A stretch of DNA of 64,000 bases from Lama glama (Eukaryota). The notes beneath the pieces were generated by a model, which did not search any database, had not been told where the DNA came from, and saw nothing but the letters and a program-made list of their open reading frames with translations. Position 1 is the first letter of the stretch. Each line of letters opens with the position of its first letter. Location: the NCBI GenBank assembly GCA_028534125.1, contig CM052817.1:42286001-42350000 (forward strand). Direction: 5' to 3'. Made by a program: the position numbers and the translations under genes. Of the stretch, positions 25,410-38,508 are shown one piece after another.

Positions 25410-28330
25410 TTATTCGCAAGGGGTGCTGTGTACTTTGTAATGCATCACATCAACTGTTCTGTTTGTGATGCCAAGATAGATCAGAGAAACCATGTTATAA
25501 AAGCCTGATTCATCATAGTGATTATTTTATATTTCTGACATGGCTTACATTAGTCTTTGATAAATTTCTTTAGTTTGGGCACAGTATGTCCCAGACACAT
25601 CTTTTACTTTTTCTATTTCAAAACTGGAGCTAACCATTCAACTCCAAGGAGCCTTAGATGTTTTAGATAGATTATGGTATTTAGAGAACATATTTGGATA
25701 CTAAGGGTGCTAATTGTTATTGGGTTTTCATTGCTTCTAAGCATTTTCAGCAGGTGGAGCTAGGAAACTCAATAGTTTTGAAAAATCATGAGTTAATGGT
25801 ATAGTTTCAATTCTAATTTAGCATTAAAAGATGTTACTTAATATTTTTGAATATATACTTTGTACCTCTTTTCTCTTACATGAAAAATCTTGGCCTTACC
25901 AATATTAAAATACTTATTTGCTCTATCCTATTTTATTTATATCTATATTTAGATATATATGCCTGCAAATTAATAATGAAATGGGTATTAGTAAAATTAA
26001 GGCTAATGAATGAAATAAACTTTTTGCTGGTTTGTTTATCCCTAGATTATATTCTGTTATTGCTATACAAGCAAAATACTGTGTTAAGTTACTTGAAATC
26101 ATTTCTTATGTAAATTTGGTTATGTATCCAGTTTATTTGTTTCAGTTTATTTCCAGTTCCTGTGTCTACTATATTATTTCTATTTGTCCTACCCATTCTT
26201 TGTTCATCTGTTTCTTTCTTTTTTTTTTTTTTTGCCCTCTTTTGGATTAATGTAATTTTTTTTGTAATCCATTCCATCTCCTTATTTTCTTTTAAAGCTG
26301 TATCTCTCTGCTGTTTTTCAGTGGTTGCTTTAGAAATAAAGCTTCTTTAACTTCTCACAATCTACAATCAAAAATAGTATACTAGTTAAAAATAATATAT
26401 AAACACTACTGTGGCCTAATTTCCATTTCCCCTCTATCTCTGTGTGCTCCTATTGTCATATATGGTACTTCTAGAAAAGTTGTGAGTTCAATAATATGAT
26501 ATTATTAGTTTTGTGCTAAGTAATCAATAGTCATAAAGAAATTTTATTTATTTTATATATTTAGATTCTGTGTTTGTGCATATGTTTACTCCTGTTTCTT
26601 TTTATTTCTTCCTGCACACCTAGACTTCCATATAGTGTCTTTTCCTCCAGTTTCAAGAATTTAATTTAGCACTTGTGGTTGTTGAAGTCTGTTGCAGATA
26701 AATTATGTCAGGTTTTGCTTGTCTTAATATGTCTATTTTCCTTACATTCTTGAGTGGTATTTTCTCAGGATATGGAAATTTAGGTTGACTTTTTTCCTCC
26801 CCATACAGCATTTTAGAGAGTTCCACTATCTTGTGTTTTACATGGTTTCTGATAAAAAGTTGGCTGTCATGCTTAGAGCTGTTTTCTCTGCATAGGATGT
26901 CTTGGGCTAAAGTATGATGAGGGACAAAGCAGGTATACTCTTATGATATTCTCTGATTTTCATAAGTTTTATTATATGTTCTTGATAAGGTTTTCCATAT
27001 GTTTATCCTGCTTAAAGGTCACAAATTTTCTTTGATTTGAAGGTTTATGCCTTTCATCAAGTCTAGGAAATTCTTAACCATTATTTTTTTTTCAAATCTT
27101 TCTTCCCCTCTCTTTCTTCTCTCTGCTGGGACACCAATTACTCATGTGACAGACCATTAGATATATATTGTCCCACTGGTCTCAGGTTCTCTTTAGTTAT
27201 TTTTTTCTCTTTGTTTTTCAATTTGAACAATTTCTATAATCCTACCTTCAGGTTCAGTGAGTTTTTCTTCTTGTATGTTCTGTCTATTTTTATATAAATC
27301 AAAATGTTCTTTATATCTGATAGTACAATTTTTGTCTCTAGTTTTTCCATTTTGTTCTTAATGAGAGTTTCCATATTCCTGCTAAAATCCACCTTTCTCA
27401 TTAGAACTTTTAATATTTTTATTGCAGTTACTTTAAAGCCCTTGTCTGTTAGCTGTAGATTTGCCTGTATTAACTGTATTCCCATTGATTATGGGTCATA
27501 TTGTCCTGCTTCTTTGTGTGTACCATAATTTGTAATTTTATGCTGGACACTGTCATAAAAATAGAATAACCTAGATAATATTTACCTCTAGAAACATATA
27601 TATACTTCCACTGTCATGTTGCTAATCTGTGGTTGAGCAGGGTCTTGGTTTGTTGCCATCTTAGTTATTTTTAGTTCACTGCTGGCTTCCAAAATTTTGA
27701 GGACAGGATCAGGGGTTTCCCTTTAGCAGAGCTCTCTGTCTTTCCCTTTCGCTTTCCCTTTCCCTCCCTCTCTCTCACTCTAGCTCACCTGTGAGCTTCT
27801 GGGGTTGCAGTGGAGTTTTTGCTCACCAGCTGCCGATACCATACCTCCTCTGTCTCCACCAGCTGCTACTTTCTGTACCTGGAGAGGCCTGTTCACGTAT
27901 TGATTCTCTGCCTGCAGCCTTTGACTGGCCCTATTCCTTGCACTCTCGAAGGCCCCATGAGCCTCGGAGGGATCTTTCTCAGTTCTCCTGCACTCAGGTT
28001 TCAGCAGGCTACTGCCATGTGGTTCCAAAAGGCTCTGGGCCCCTCAGGCCTACTTTTCTCATTCCTCTTCCCATTCCCCAAACTTTCAAACCGTCAGTGG
28101 GCTGCTTCCTTTCCCTTAGGAAGGCCCTAGGTGTCTTTGAAAAAAGAATTATTTCAGCACTCTCCTGCTTTTCTCCCTAGCTTTCGGTTGACTACTGCTT
28201 TGCTTTTACAGACAATGTCACATACTATGTGGGGATCTCTCTTTGCTTTCTTGCTATGTCTCCAACTTTTGGCAGGGTTCTTCCTTGCTCTTAGTGAATG
28301 CTATTTTAGCCATCATATCTTACTATTATG
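25410..28330 (-). mobile_element. Ancient LINE-1 (L1M) remnant(s) including degenerate ORF1 and probable 5' UTR; boundaries approximate
   Basis: The + strand is strongly T-rich. Minus ORF 27234..27485 (LTDKGFKVTAIKILK...NKMEKLETKIVLSDIKN) resembles the L1 ORF1p coiled-coil region. Confidence 0.7.
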
Positions 28331-31162
28331 AGGTATGGGTTAAATGTTTCATTAACTGCAAACTGTGTGCCTGAATCTCAAGAAAAATAAAGATACATAG
28401 ATATTTGCAAATTAAATGTTAACAGTATGTGTAGAGTCACTAGAATTTTGCAGGTGCCATAACAGAATGAAGAGAAAAAATTTTGGAAATGAATTTATCA
28501 GGCAAACTGAGTACTTCCCTTCACGACATCAACTGAACATCTATGTGGTGTGTTGTCTCTGCTGTAAAATGGGACATTTATAGATTGAGCTTCCATTAGA
28601 AAAAAGTATATGAAACTTATATTTCAGCTCAAAATCATTCAGTTTTATTTAAAGCAGAAGATAACACAGCTTATTTTATTTATTATATATGTGTGTATTT
28701 ATCTCTCTCTTTGTCTTTCTCGTTATGAGTGTATGTGTATGTATATATGTATGCTGTGTGTATATATATATTGCTGATAGTTGAATGTGGTCTTATTATA
28801 TTATTAATATTAAATATGTAAGGACCAGTAACTTGCCCTTTTACTAAACAAAAAAATGAAGTAAACCTTTCAGGAAGTTCTGACCTTCAGAGAGAGAGAG
28901 AGAATAGTAGATGCCTACCCTTCACTCTGTACATCCAGTTGCTACAGGAAATCTTCACTCAAAAAGCCTATTGTGTTCTCAAGTCAGCATTTTTCCTGAT
29001 ATTTGTGATTTCCTGAACCTCTTGAATTGTCTTGTGTGTCTGTTCCTTTGTTTATCTGTGCTTTGAGTACAATTTAAAATTTGAATCACTTGTTTACTGT
29101 TGCACAAAGCAAGAAGGTTTAGTAAACTCTTGTTTGGAATAGAGGTATAAATAAATCAGCTATCTGTGTTTGAAAAGTCTAAACTAAAGTGCAGTTGTAT
29201 GCTTCAGCTTGTCAATGGATATTTATGAGGTGAGCATAATGCTATAACGGTTATAGCAGTGAAATATACCCTGTGCAGATAGCTAGTAAAGGAGCTCACA
29301 GGTGTTAATGCCAGCAGAATTTTAATGCTCAAGAGATGGGAAATGTGGCATTTGCTCTGGTTAATGCTGCTCTTGCTGGTCACAGTGAAAATCAGTGGGT
29401 GAAATCAGTTTTCAAATATTGCAACAGAGTTGGAATCTATATATTTAACCAACGGCAAATACATTGGTTCCCACTGTTGTCTTATTTTTATGTCCTGGTT
29501 TAGTAAATTGCAGAACAGTAACAAAGCAGTGGACATTTTTATTTTGAGCATCAGCTTTCCACTCCTACTTATTATGAGACCCAAGAGAAGGAATTGCCGA
29601 TAATGAAGCATCAGTGAACTTCTTATTCTAATAGACATTTGATGTTGCCTGAAAATCACTTAAGCGAAGTTGAAGTTGACAGATTCTAATTGTGAGTTTA
29701 GCTTTTATTATGACCAGAGTTCTGCTGGTGATTTATTTTGGGTACATCCTGTTTCTTCCTATACTGAGAGAAAGTGGGTAATGGAGTAAAACTTCTGCAC
29801 AGAGCTCTGCTGTAAGAGAAGATTTGGAATATAAAAACATTTTTAGTTTATAAAGAATTGTACTATGCCTATTTTTCCTAGCAGTCAAAGAAAATGAATT
29901 TAAGCTTTCAGTCTTTAGAATTAGAGGATTTATTCCTACAGAAGAACTTTCAGGATTTTTTTTTTTTTGGAATAACATAGTTTCAGCATGCTTGTGTGTG
30001 TAAATTTCAAATTCATATTAATTATCTATGTTAACTTAGTGAAGATTAAAATCAAAGGAATAATGATTTGACATCAGCTTTCTGCACAGTACTTCCGTAA
30101 GTTCTACCAGAATAACAAAAGGCAAGGAAGAAGAGAGTTAGACATGTTGGGATCTTGTGTATAAGGTAGATAGATGTTGTGGTAATATATTTATTGGAGA
30201 ATTTTAAAGGTTCAGATGAGTGTGGAGTCTTTATGATTAAGAAAGTTTAGAATTAAGACAGAAACATATTAATTTACATTTATTTGTCTCTAATCTACTT
30301 CTAAAAAATATTGAGAAAAATATATATATAAAACTTCAGAATAAATTAAGAAATAATTCATAGGCCAAAGTTAAGATATAGCTGTACCAGAAAATGTACA
30401 CTAAAGGTAGCAGTGCTTTTAGGGCATGATGTAAACCTGAGCTTTTTGAAAGTCAAGGCACAAAGAGAAAGGCTGAGTTATGTAATTGTCATTATTTAAT
30501 AAGAGAAGCATGTGAGCTTACCAGAAGTGACAAGTTTTTTCCCAGCTAGCTGTGAACTCCAAGAATTGCTCCCTTCATATCAGGATCCTCAATAGCAATT
30601 TTCCAAAATGCAGAATTCTCTCTATATGACCAAAATTTATGTGGGCTTGATATGACCAAAAGTTGAAGGGATAATACTGAAATGTTGTCCTAGATTTGTT
30701 TAGGGAGGCATTTCTAAAGAGAGGTAAAGAAACCAAGTCCAGATATAATGATAGTTTACTGGCAATCAGACTTAACATAGGTATGAATAGCTTGAATAAT
30801 AGTTATTAAACTACATTTTTAGTGTAAACAAAAACAAAATCTTACACTGAATTGCAATTTTTAAGGGTAGGTGAGAGTTCAGCTCCTTGGGTTGGATTAG
30901 GATTGAGAGGCTTGCAGTGGCCTCCTTGCTCCATTCTCGTGCAGCATTCCAGCCCTAGCAGCCCCTGACGCGCCTCGTAGAACCCACAGGACTTCATGGA
31001 CCACGGTATAAAAAATGCACTGACCTACAGAAACTGATGGCTGGCATTTCACTTAGAACCTCACATTCAAAGATAGTTTTGCCAACTGATCTGGAGAGAA
31101 AGGATTCCAAAATGTTTATTGATAAGTGCCTGAGGTATAAATACTCCATTGATGGAATGGAG

Positions 31163-31169
<7 letters not shown>

Positions 31170-31209
<40 letters not shown>
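31170..31209. repeat. (TA)n microsatellite
   Basis: Seen directly. Confidence 0.97.
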
Positions 31210-31212
<3 letters not shown>

Positions 31213-31333
31213 CCAAGATACTATGTGTGTCTTTAGAAAGCCTGATGTTGTATGAAATTAAAGAGCTCCCCTTATATTCTTATTTAAATATAATGGACTC
31301 CAGTGTACACAGGACTTGAGGCAGGCCATGTGT

Positions 31334-31334
<1 letters not shown>

Positions 31335-31368
<34 letters not shown>
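31335..31368. repeat. (CA)n microsatellite
   Basis: Seen directly. Confidence 0.97.
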
Positions 31369-31372
<4 letters not shown>

Positions 31373-31759
31373 TTTTTGAAAATAGACTGCTGATTGTGTC
31401 CTGGACAAATGCTTGAAAAGGCATTTTATGAAAACTCTTAGAATAGTAGACCATAAACATGAAAATGCTGACTGTGAATTATCAGACTTATTCATCATTG
31501 GCTTCTGCCACACCCATGCACTCTTGAGTAGAGCTGTGTTCACATGGGTTCACCAGGATAGTAACTGTAAAAACCTAGAGATGAGTAAATGAGTTGACCT
31601 ATGGGAATATTGAATGCTGAAAAAGTTTGTCATAGTTGGTAGTTTGTGATGATTCCTAAGAGTGAGTAGTCAGTGGGTTCCTGGGCTGATGTTTAAAAAT
31701 ATAACTATAGACATTTAGGAAGGCTTGGATTTTGCTGATTGAATTTACTATTTGAAAAC

Positions 31760-32280
31760 TACTTTTTTAAACCATCAAACATGTGAATATACAGAAAAGG
31801 TATAAAATAGAATGTAAGAAATCATATGCAGTTCTACTACTCATAGCATGTTGGTGCAGTCTGTTCGTCTTGTCTTTTACTCTTTAGATATATATTGCAT
31901 AATTATAGTTATGTACGTATACAAGTTGGCATTTCCCTATGTCTTATTATCATTTCCCTTCATCTTTAAATTTTTTTAATTTTTTCTATTTTAGTGGCTA
32001 CATAATATTTAGTTACATAGGTGAATCATAATTTATTTAGTTATTCTCTGATTGTCAGACAGAAATAAATATAAGTTGACTAATTATATTTTTCATATTA
32101 TAAAAAATCCCATGGTAAATATTTTGAAACTTTTGTCTAGATATTTTATTGGGCTAGATCCCCAACATGAAATGACCAAATTAAGGAATATAAGCTTTTA
32201 AAAACTATTATTACATGTGTTGCTTATTATACAGTTTTTGCCAGTTTATACTTTCACTAGTAATGCTTGAGAGTTCTTTT
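31760..32280 (-). mobile_element. Very old L1ME-like fragment
   Basis: T-rich sequence with TTTTAGTGGCTACATAATATT...GCCAGTTTATACTTTCACTAGTAATG, resembling the L1ME 3' end. Confidence 0.5.
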
Positions 32281-33718
32281 CTTGCTACAGGAGATCACTA
32301 ATTAGGTAGCTTGCTTGATGTAAGCTGCATATGATAGTACACTTTAAAAGGTAGGCAGTTTTACTCTTTTTAAGCCATAATTTTTATTAGGCAAACAAAA
32401 TATCATAACAAGATCATAATACAATGATGTCAATTATTAATATTTAAATGCCCTTCTAATATGCTATAATTTATTTTAAGTTGGTAAACATGCCAATAGT
32501 AATCTTGTTTATAGTTAATTTGCCTAACTGATTGTTTAACATATTGAGAAGGTAAACTATAACCTCATCAGTCATTATCTGATTTATCACAGTTTTGAAA
32601 TTAATGTACTTTAAATGTATTTGACTAGAATCTAAAGTCAGTAATTAAATTATATTTGTTCTGCCTAGCCTTAATTTTTTTTTAATATTTAAGAAATTTT
32701 ACTCCTAATCTGTTATGTTATAAAAAAATCAATAAATGTAACAATTACTTCATTGCATCCAAGGAATTCTATATTCCCAAGGCAAAAGAATGGAATACAT
32801 TCATAGTTCATTTTTAAACTAATGCAGTCCTAAGATACTAATTTATTTCAATTTTATATTGACTGTATGTTGTTATTGTTGAAATTTATGACCTACTGAC
32901 TTATATGGCGTGATACCAAATTTAAATTTGTTGTAATGATTGCCTAATTAAATAAGTAATGTGAGTGTTTACCTAAAGCATCACAACAAAAATATATTTT
33001 GATTTTACCCATAATTCAGATGCATGATTAGAGCATAATTTTAAGTCAAGAAAATTATTTTTTAAAATATTTAATTAAAAATTCAAAAATATAGAGAAAA
33101 TTAAATGAATGTTATTTCTTAATAGTAATAATTATTATTTATAACATAATATTACATGTTACATTATCCTTTAAATATTTATGCCACCTGAATCAAACTT
33201 ACTGAATTATTTTGTAAAATATAACATAAGCATAATATTACACATTTATTCTAACTTTTGCTATCAGAAACCTTGTCTCCATCTATTTGTAGCATCTTAC
33301 AATTTTAGTGGTTTATTTTATGGACTATATAGTCTTATTACCTGATACTGAGTATTAACCTCTATATAAAGTGTTAAAATTATGTCTCTATGTATATTTC
33401 TGTATATTTAGGTTACATTGAATTGTTTCTTATTAAGCCATTCAATTAACTTTAAAAAAATTTTCAGAGCTTGTATTATTTGTCATTAAAGTGAAATACT
33501 CTCAGAAAAATAATCACTATTACTAATATTTTCTTTTCTATACTATTAATTGATGAGTTTTATGCTCAAGCTATTTTATATTGTTTACTTGGTACTTTGG
33601 TAACATACCTTTGTTGTATAGCCATTATAAACATGAGGATATAACAGAGCTGTAAACCTTGTCATATCCCATTTCCTGCAAGTAACAATTGCTCTGCTTT
33701 TGCTATGTTCTGGCATAG

Positions 33719-33889
33719 ACTGCTTGCCATGATTATCAGTGGCAGCCCAAACCTTCTTGACCTTAAATATAATTAGCATTACATTGATGGGTTTTTTAAG
33801 ATGGTACTGAATAGTAGTCGGAGGGCCACAAACACTTAGCCACAGCCTCTTGCAACCAGGGTGTGTTGCCTTGATTTTAAAATATTCTG
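33719..33889 (+). ncRNA. RMST: Probable internal exon of lncRNA RMST; acceptor uncertain, alternative start 33621
   Basis: Acceptor CTCTGCTTTTGCTATGTTCTGGCATAG| and a strong donor CTG|GTAAGT (GT at 33890). The sequence is non-repetitive and lies ~1 kb upstream of the terminal exon, as I recall for human RMST. Confidence 0.55.
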
Positions 33890-34920
33890 GTAAGTGGTTG
33901 GTAGCAGCTAGCATGAAATAATGCCCTGGGATTAAGATGCCTAGTAGAATACTGAATAAAAGTGTCCTTTGGCCAATAGTTTCTTTTTTTCTTGATTATT
34001 CCTTTTCTATCTTTTCCTCTTTAGATCTCTCTTCTATTTTCTCCATGTTCTCTCTTTTTCCACTGTTGCAGGGCTGTACTTTAAATAGTTCTGTTTTCCA
34101 TAGTGTTTTTTTAACTCTAATTTTACCATACCATTGTGTACATGAATGTTCTGTGGAAAAGATCTGAACGAACCATCATTCTTTGACCCAAGGAAAAAAA
34201 TACTTAGAACTTCAAGTCTCATCTGAACATTGACCTTACCTCGGGTAATCATTTATTATATTCTAGTAGGAAAGTAAGTGTTCTTATGCTTTTTTATATA
34301 TATAATTACATCAGTATTTCAATAAGGATTTGTTTCTTTCCTAGGGCCGGTGCATAAACTTCTCCCGAGTTCCGTCTCAGTAAAAGGAAAGCAGGGAGAC
34401 CAGGAGGTACGAAGATGTACATCTTCACAATGCCAATTTCCAACCAAACGAAAAAAAAAAAGTGCATTTCAGAAGTTTTTGGAAGAGCAGCTTTACTCCT
34501 GTCAGTCAGGAAATATTTTCTCTGCCTTTTGCTTTGCTTGCACCAAACATTTTCAAACGTTTGTTCTGCCACCTACCCGGCGTTGATGAAACCTAGGGGT
34601 AACTCATGATTCAGGACATTGAAAATAAAGAGGAACGGTAACCTACACGCTGTGGTTTACACAAGAAAGTCCATTTGAATGTGTGGAGGAGGGAAAAGCA
34701 GAAACAAAAGCATGAAGATGATGTCAGAATGGGGACCATAAAACAACTGGCCATGGTGGATCTTTAATGGAGAAAAGAGTGTTTTACACGGAACCATGGC
34801 ACTTGTGTTTTTACATGGCAAGGTTGTCAGCCACAGGCAGAGTATGAAATACCCCACCAAGCTAAGCAAATAAAGGCATCCACTGCCTGATAGCTGTGTC
34901 AGAGCACGGAATCCTTCCAG

Positions 34921-36154
34921 GTCCCCTATCGCAGTGTGCCTACGGGAACCTTCTGACTGGAAAATCTCGTCATTCTAACACTGAAAAGTGCACACGCATG
35001 ACAAAATGTAGACAGGATGCCTCAAGGTATTGGTAGCAAGCAAGATTTTGCCCTCTAGTTTTTGAAGACACCTTTCTTGCATTATGCACTTGGGAAAAGA
35101 AGAAAATTAATAGAGCGTTATTCCACGGGAAGACAGCCTTTAACCAGAGATCTTGAGTGGAGTTTAAGGGACTCGCGATTTGAGGACTTGTCAAATCATG
35201 GTCGATCGGCGGATTTACCCTCTTTCTACGTTTAGGGCTTAGTAGTGCATAAAGCGTTAATATCTGTAAACACACCTACGAGTTTGTTGTGCTTTTAATT
35301 TAAAGGAAGCAGTAACCACAAAGCTTCCGCTCAGGGTTTTTTCTTCCTCCAGTCTCCAAGGGCTCTTCAGCGTCACAAGCCAGCAACTCTCTTTGCATGA
35401 AAATTTCAAAGTTTAATTAATATAATTAAAGGCAACAGCAAGCAGCAGCCTGTGAAGATTTTGCTCATCTTTTTTATGCCTTTTGACATTGAATGACCTA
35501 TTACTGTATGCGCAGTACTTGGATTTTGAGGGGCACTCTACCTTGGTTGTGATTCAGTAGAGGAAAGAAAAAAGACTTCTCATCAACTCATCAATTAAAT
35601 TTCAGGAGGGTCGACCACCACAAAGCATCGAAAATGTATGTATTATAATATTTTTTAGAAACACCACCATCGTGTCACGTCGACGATGCCAAATTATGTT
35701 AGCGTGAGCGGAAACACTGTGGGGGAGGAAGAAGGCAGCAGCTGAAGAAAAAAGCTCAAATGATCTAGTCACTTTCGATACTGTACTTCAGTTGCAAAAT
35801 GGATATTCGACTGGAAACCTGACAAAGCGCGCCTGTTTGATGTGAACTGGTATAGACAATGACCAGTGGCTGGGTCAGTGGGATGTCTCTCTGCGAGCAC
35901 AAAGGCTTATCAAATGACACTAAAAATAAGTTCAACAACCATCACGTTGGAAGGGAGAAGGCTAACATTTCATGTTTGGCGGGCATGTGAGTGCACAAGA
36001 TGGAAACAGCGATTTGGAGCATCCCAGTATAATTACCCGCATTGTGCTCTTAAGGGAAATTTCAAAGGATGGGAGTGATTCTGATGGTTGGTGTCCAGAT
36101 TTGTGGCACTGCTCCAAGAAGCTTTACTCACACACACACACACACACACATTTT

Positions 36155-36203
<49 letters not shown>

Positions 36204-36320
36204 GCATACATATATATTCTCTAGCTTGAATCTTTTGCTCAAGTTTATTTATGTCACTGGCTGGCTGGATCCAACGTCATGTGTCTGTGTATTCATAAAT
36301 AAAATTTTACCTGTGCCTCT
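34921..36320 (+). ncRNA. RMST: Probable 3'-terminal exon of lncRNA RMST (rhabdomyosarcoma 2-associated transcript) orthologue
   Basis: Acceptor ATCCTTCCAG| at 34920, with an alternative TTTTCTTCCTCCAG| at 35352. The block has no transposons, elevated CpG, no long ORF, and AATAAA at 36298-36303. Segments such as CACCATCGTGTCACGTCGACGATGCCAAATTATGTTAGCGTGAGC match my memory of human RMST; not verified by search. Confidence 0.7.
36129..36203. repeat. Compound (CA)n plus (GATA)12 microsatellite inside the terminal exon
   Basis: Seen directly: CA run at 36129-36150 and GATA run at 36155-36202. Confidence 0.97.
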
Positions 36321-36340
36321 GCTACCGTTTTCTTTCAGCC
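36298..36340 (+). terminator. Polyadenylation signal with downstream U-rich element
   Basis: AATAAA at 36298-36303 with an upstream TGTA at 36288-36291. The downstream element GTTTTCTTTC lies ~25 nt later. Confidence 0.6.
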
Positions 36341-38476
36341 TACATAAACTCAAGCCTCGTTCGGTTTGGTTGAATATATAATTGTCTTGCTTAGTTTCAG
36401 GGACAGAAATGTCCCTTACGTTCACATCTGATCCTGTTGGTAGTGATTATGCACATGTACAAGTGTGACCTGGGAGCCGGGTATGTATCCATTGAGTTCT
36501 CGCAGACCTTGGTTCTACACTGCATCTGGGGCCGGGCCTTCTGCTGTTTTCTTAAGTTAGCACCTCATTTCTCATCACCACAAACCCCTACACAGTATTT
36601 AAGAGCATCAAGGATACTACAGGAGCTAAGGCTATTTATTTGGCCGTTACTTTGAATCGGCCTAGTATCATATGGTATTTGTATGACACTTTTGTTTTGT
36701 TACATGGGCAATGTCAGTAGACCTCTGCCCTTAAATGGCAAAATAGCTTTCCATAGATTGTAATGAAAATGGATTACCAGTTCTAACCACACTATGAAGA
36801 GCTCTCAGTGAAGAGAGAGAGGTCATGGTCTTTATGTAGACTAAAAAAGTACCATTCATAAAGTTTAAAGACAGATGGAATTTTATTACACTTCAAGATA
36901 TGAACCAGATCTATGCTCTGGTTTTCTCTGATTATACTAACTAACAAATAGAGAAGAATTTGCTTTTAAGAGTTCTGTTTTCTCATCAAAGGTCTAAACC
37001 TCCACACCTTTCAAACAGGAAAATAGAAGGGTAAAATAAAACCTTTTCTATAAGTTTAATCACATTTTATATTTTATAGAGAGAAACAGTCCCTGTTTAA
37101 TTTTTTGGACATAATGTCAGTCAAAATCTAATTCCTCTGAATAAACAAGTTCAGTCTTTATCCATAATCCATTTGTGTCGCATAAGGTTGCAAAAACAAT
37201 TAAGTGGGAAATGACTCCTAACTTATGTGTCTACTCTGCCTGGAAAGAAAGTTTTGAAGGCATCTATATATATTTCATAACAATGTCTGTTCTTTATGGA
37301 TTTGATCCATAAATATTTATCTATCTGAAAACTTTGATACTTGGAATGTTTTCCTTAAAGCATTTGGTGCTCCAAGAAAAAACATTTGGTGCTAAGAGTT
37401 GCAGCACTGATGCCTTTCCCCAAGTTAATTCTATTTTAAATTTTTGTCTTTCCTTCCCAATGAGATGCAGAGTAAAATTTGAGGCCTTCCATTAAGTAGG
37501 GAGCAGCATCTGTCATCTATGGATTATTACTATTTTGGCAGAAGTACGTAAGGTTTAAACCTCCTATATTTTAAATTGTTAGGGAAGAAATTGCTTCTGT
37601 TTTTCCTGAATTTTACTCAAAATCATAAATTACTCAATATTTGTTTTTCTAATAAATCCTTACTGGATACAAGATCTGGGTGTCTCTGTGAACTTAACTT
37701 TATTATCTAAATAGCACTGACCATTATTTACTGCTCAGAGGCAATTTATTAGTTTATTTTTTTATAAATCAAAACAGCTTATATTACAGCCAAGAAGGCA
37801 TCTAACGTATTTTTTGATTGATCAGCTTATATACCTTACTTCTTGATTTTAAGAAGGCAAAATATAACCAGGTCACATTTACAAATATTGTAAACATTGT
37901 AACTTCCTCCTTCATCATGAAACCTTGTGGTTAACTTTTACTAGATTTTGTACAGCATCACATTATTGTAGGAAGTTTATTAGTGTTTTATTGCTACTGG
38001 AAAATTTTGGTGGGTGTATGTGCACAGGAGGCACATATATACATTCTTTATCTTAATAGGAAAGAAAATACATAATCCTAGAATAACTGGAACATCTGTG
38101 GTATGTTTTAAGGGAAGAAACAAGCTGGTGAGGCTGGAGAATGTTGTCTGTCTGCAGGTATGAAGTGGGTGCAGCCATGTATTCTAGTCTCAGAGTCAGA
38201 TTACTAGTTCACTGAGTGAATCTCTATGGCTTATTTCTGAGAACACTTTAATTTTGGTGTATTTCTACCCTCACTAGGGTCTAATTCAGTCAATTTGACA
38301 AAAGAAAGAAAAGTTTCTCTCATAATGAAGCAAGCCCTGTGCTAGTTTTTTTTTAACACTTTATTTTTATGCTCTTCTGCCAAAAGAAAATGCTGATAAG
38401 CAAGTACACAGTATAACATGAAAATTTATATTAAAATGTGCTTGTTCAGATTGCTTTGCAAGAGCTATATTAAGGG

Positions 38477-38477
<1 letters not shown>

Positions 38478-38503
<26 letters not shown>
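38478..38503. repeat. (GT)n microsatellite
   Basis: Seen directly. Confidence 0.95.

Positions 38504-38508
<5 letters not shown>

Noticed and set aside
36257..36288. CTGGCTGGATCCAACGTCATGTGTCTG resembling the start of the miR-214 precursor
   Set aside because: The match is only partial, and no mature miR-214 sequence or complementary arm follows.
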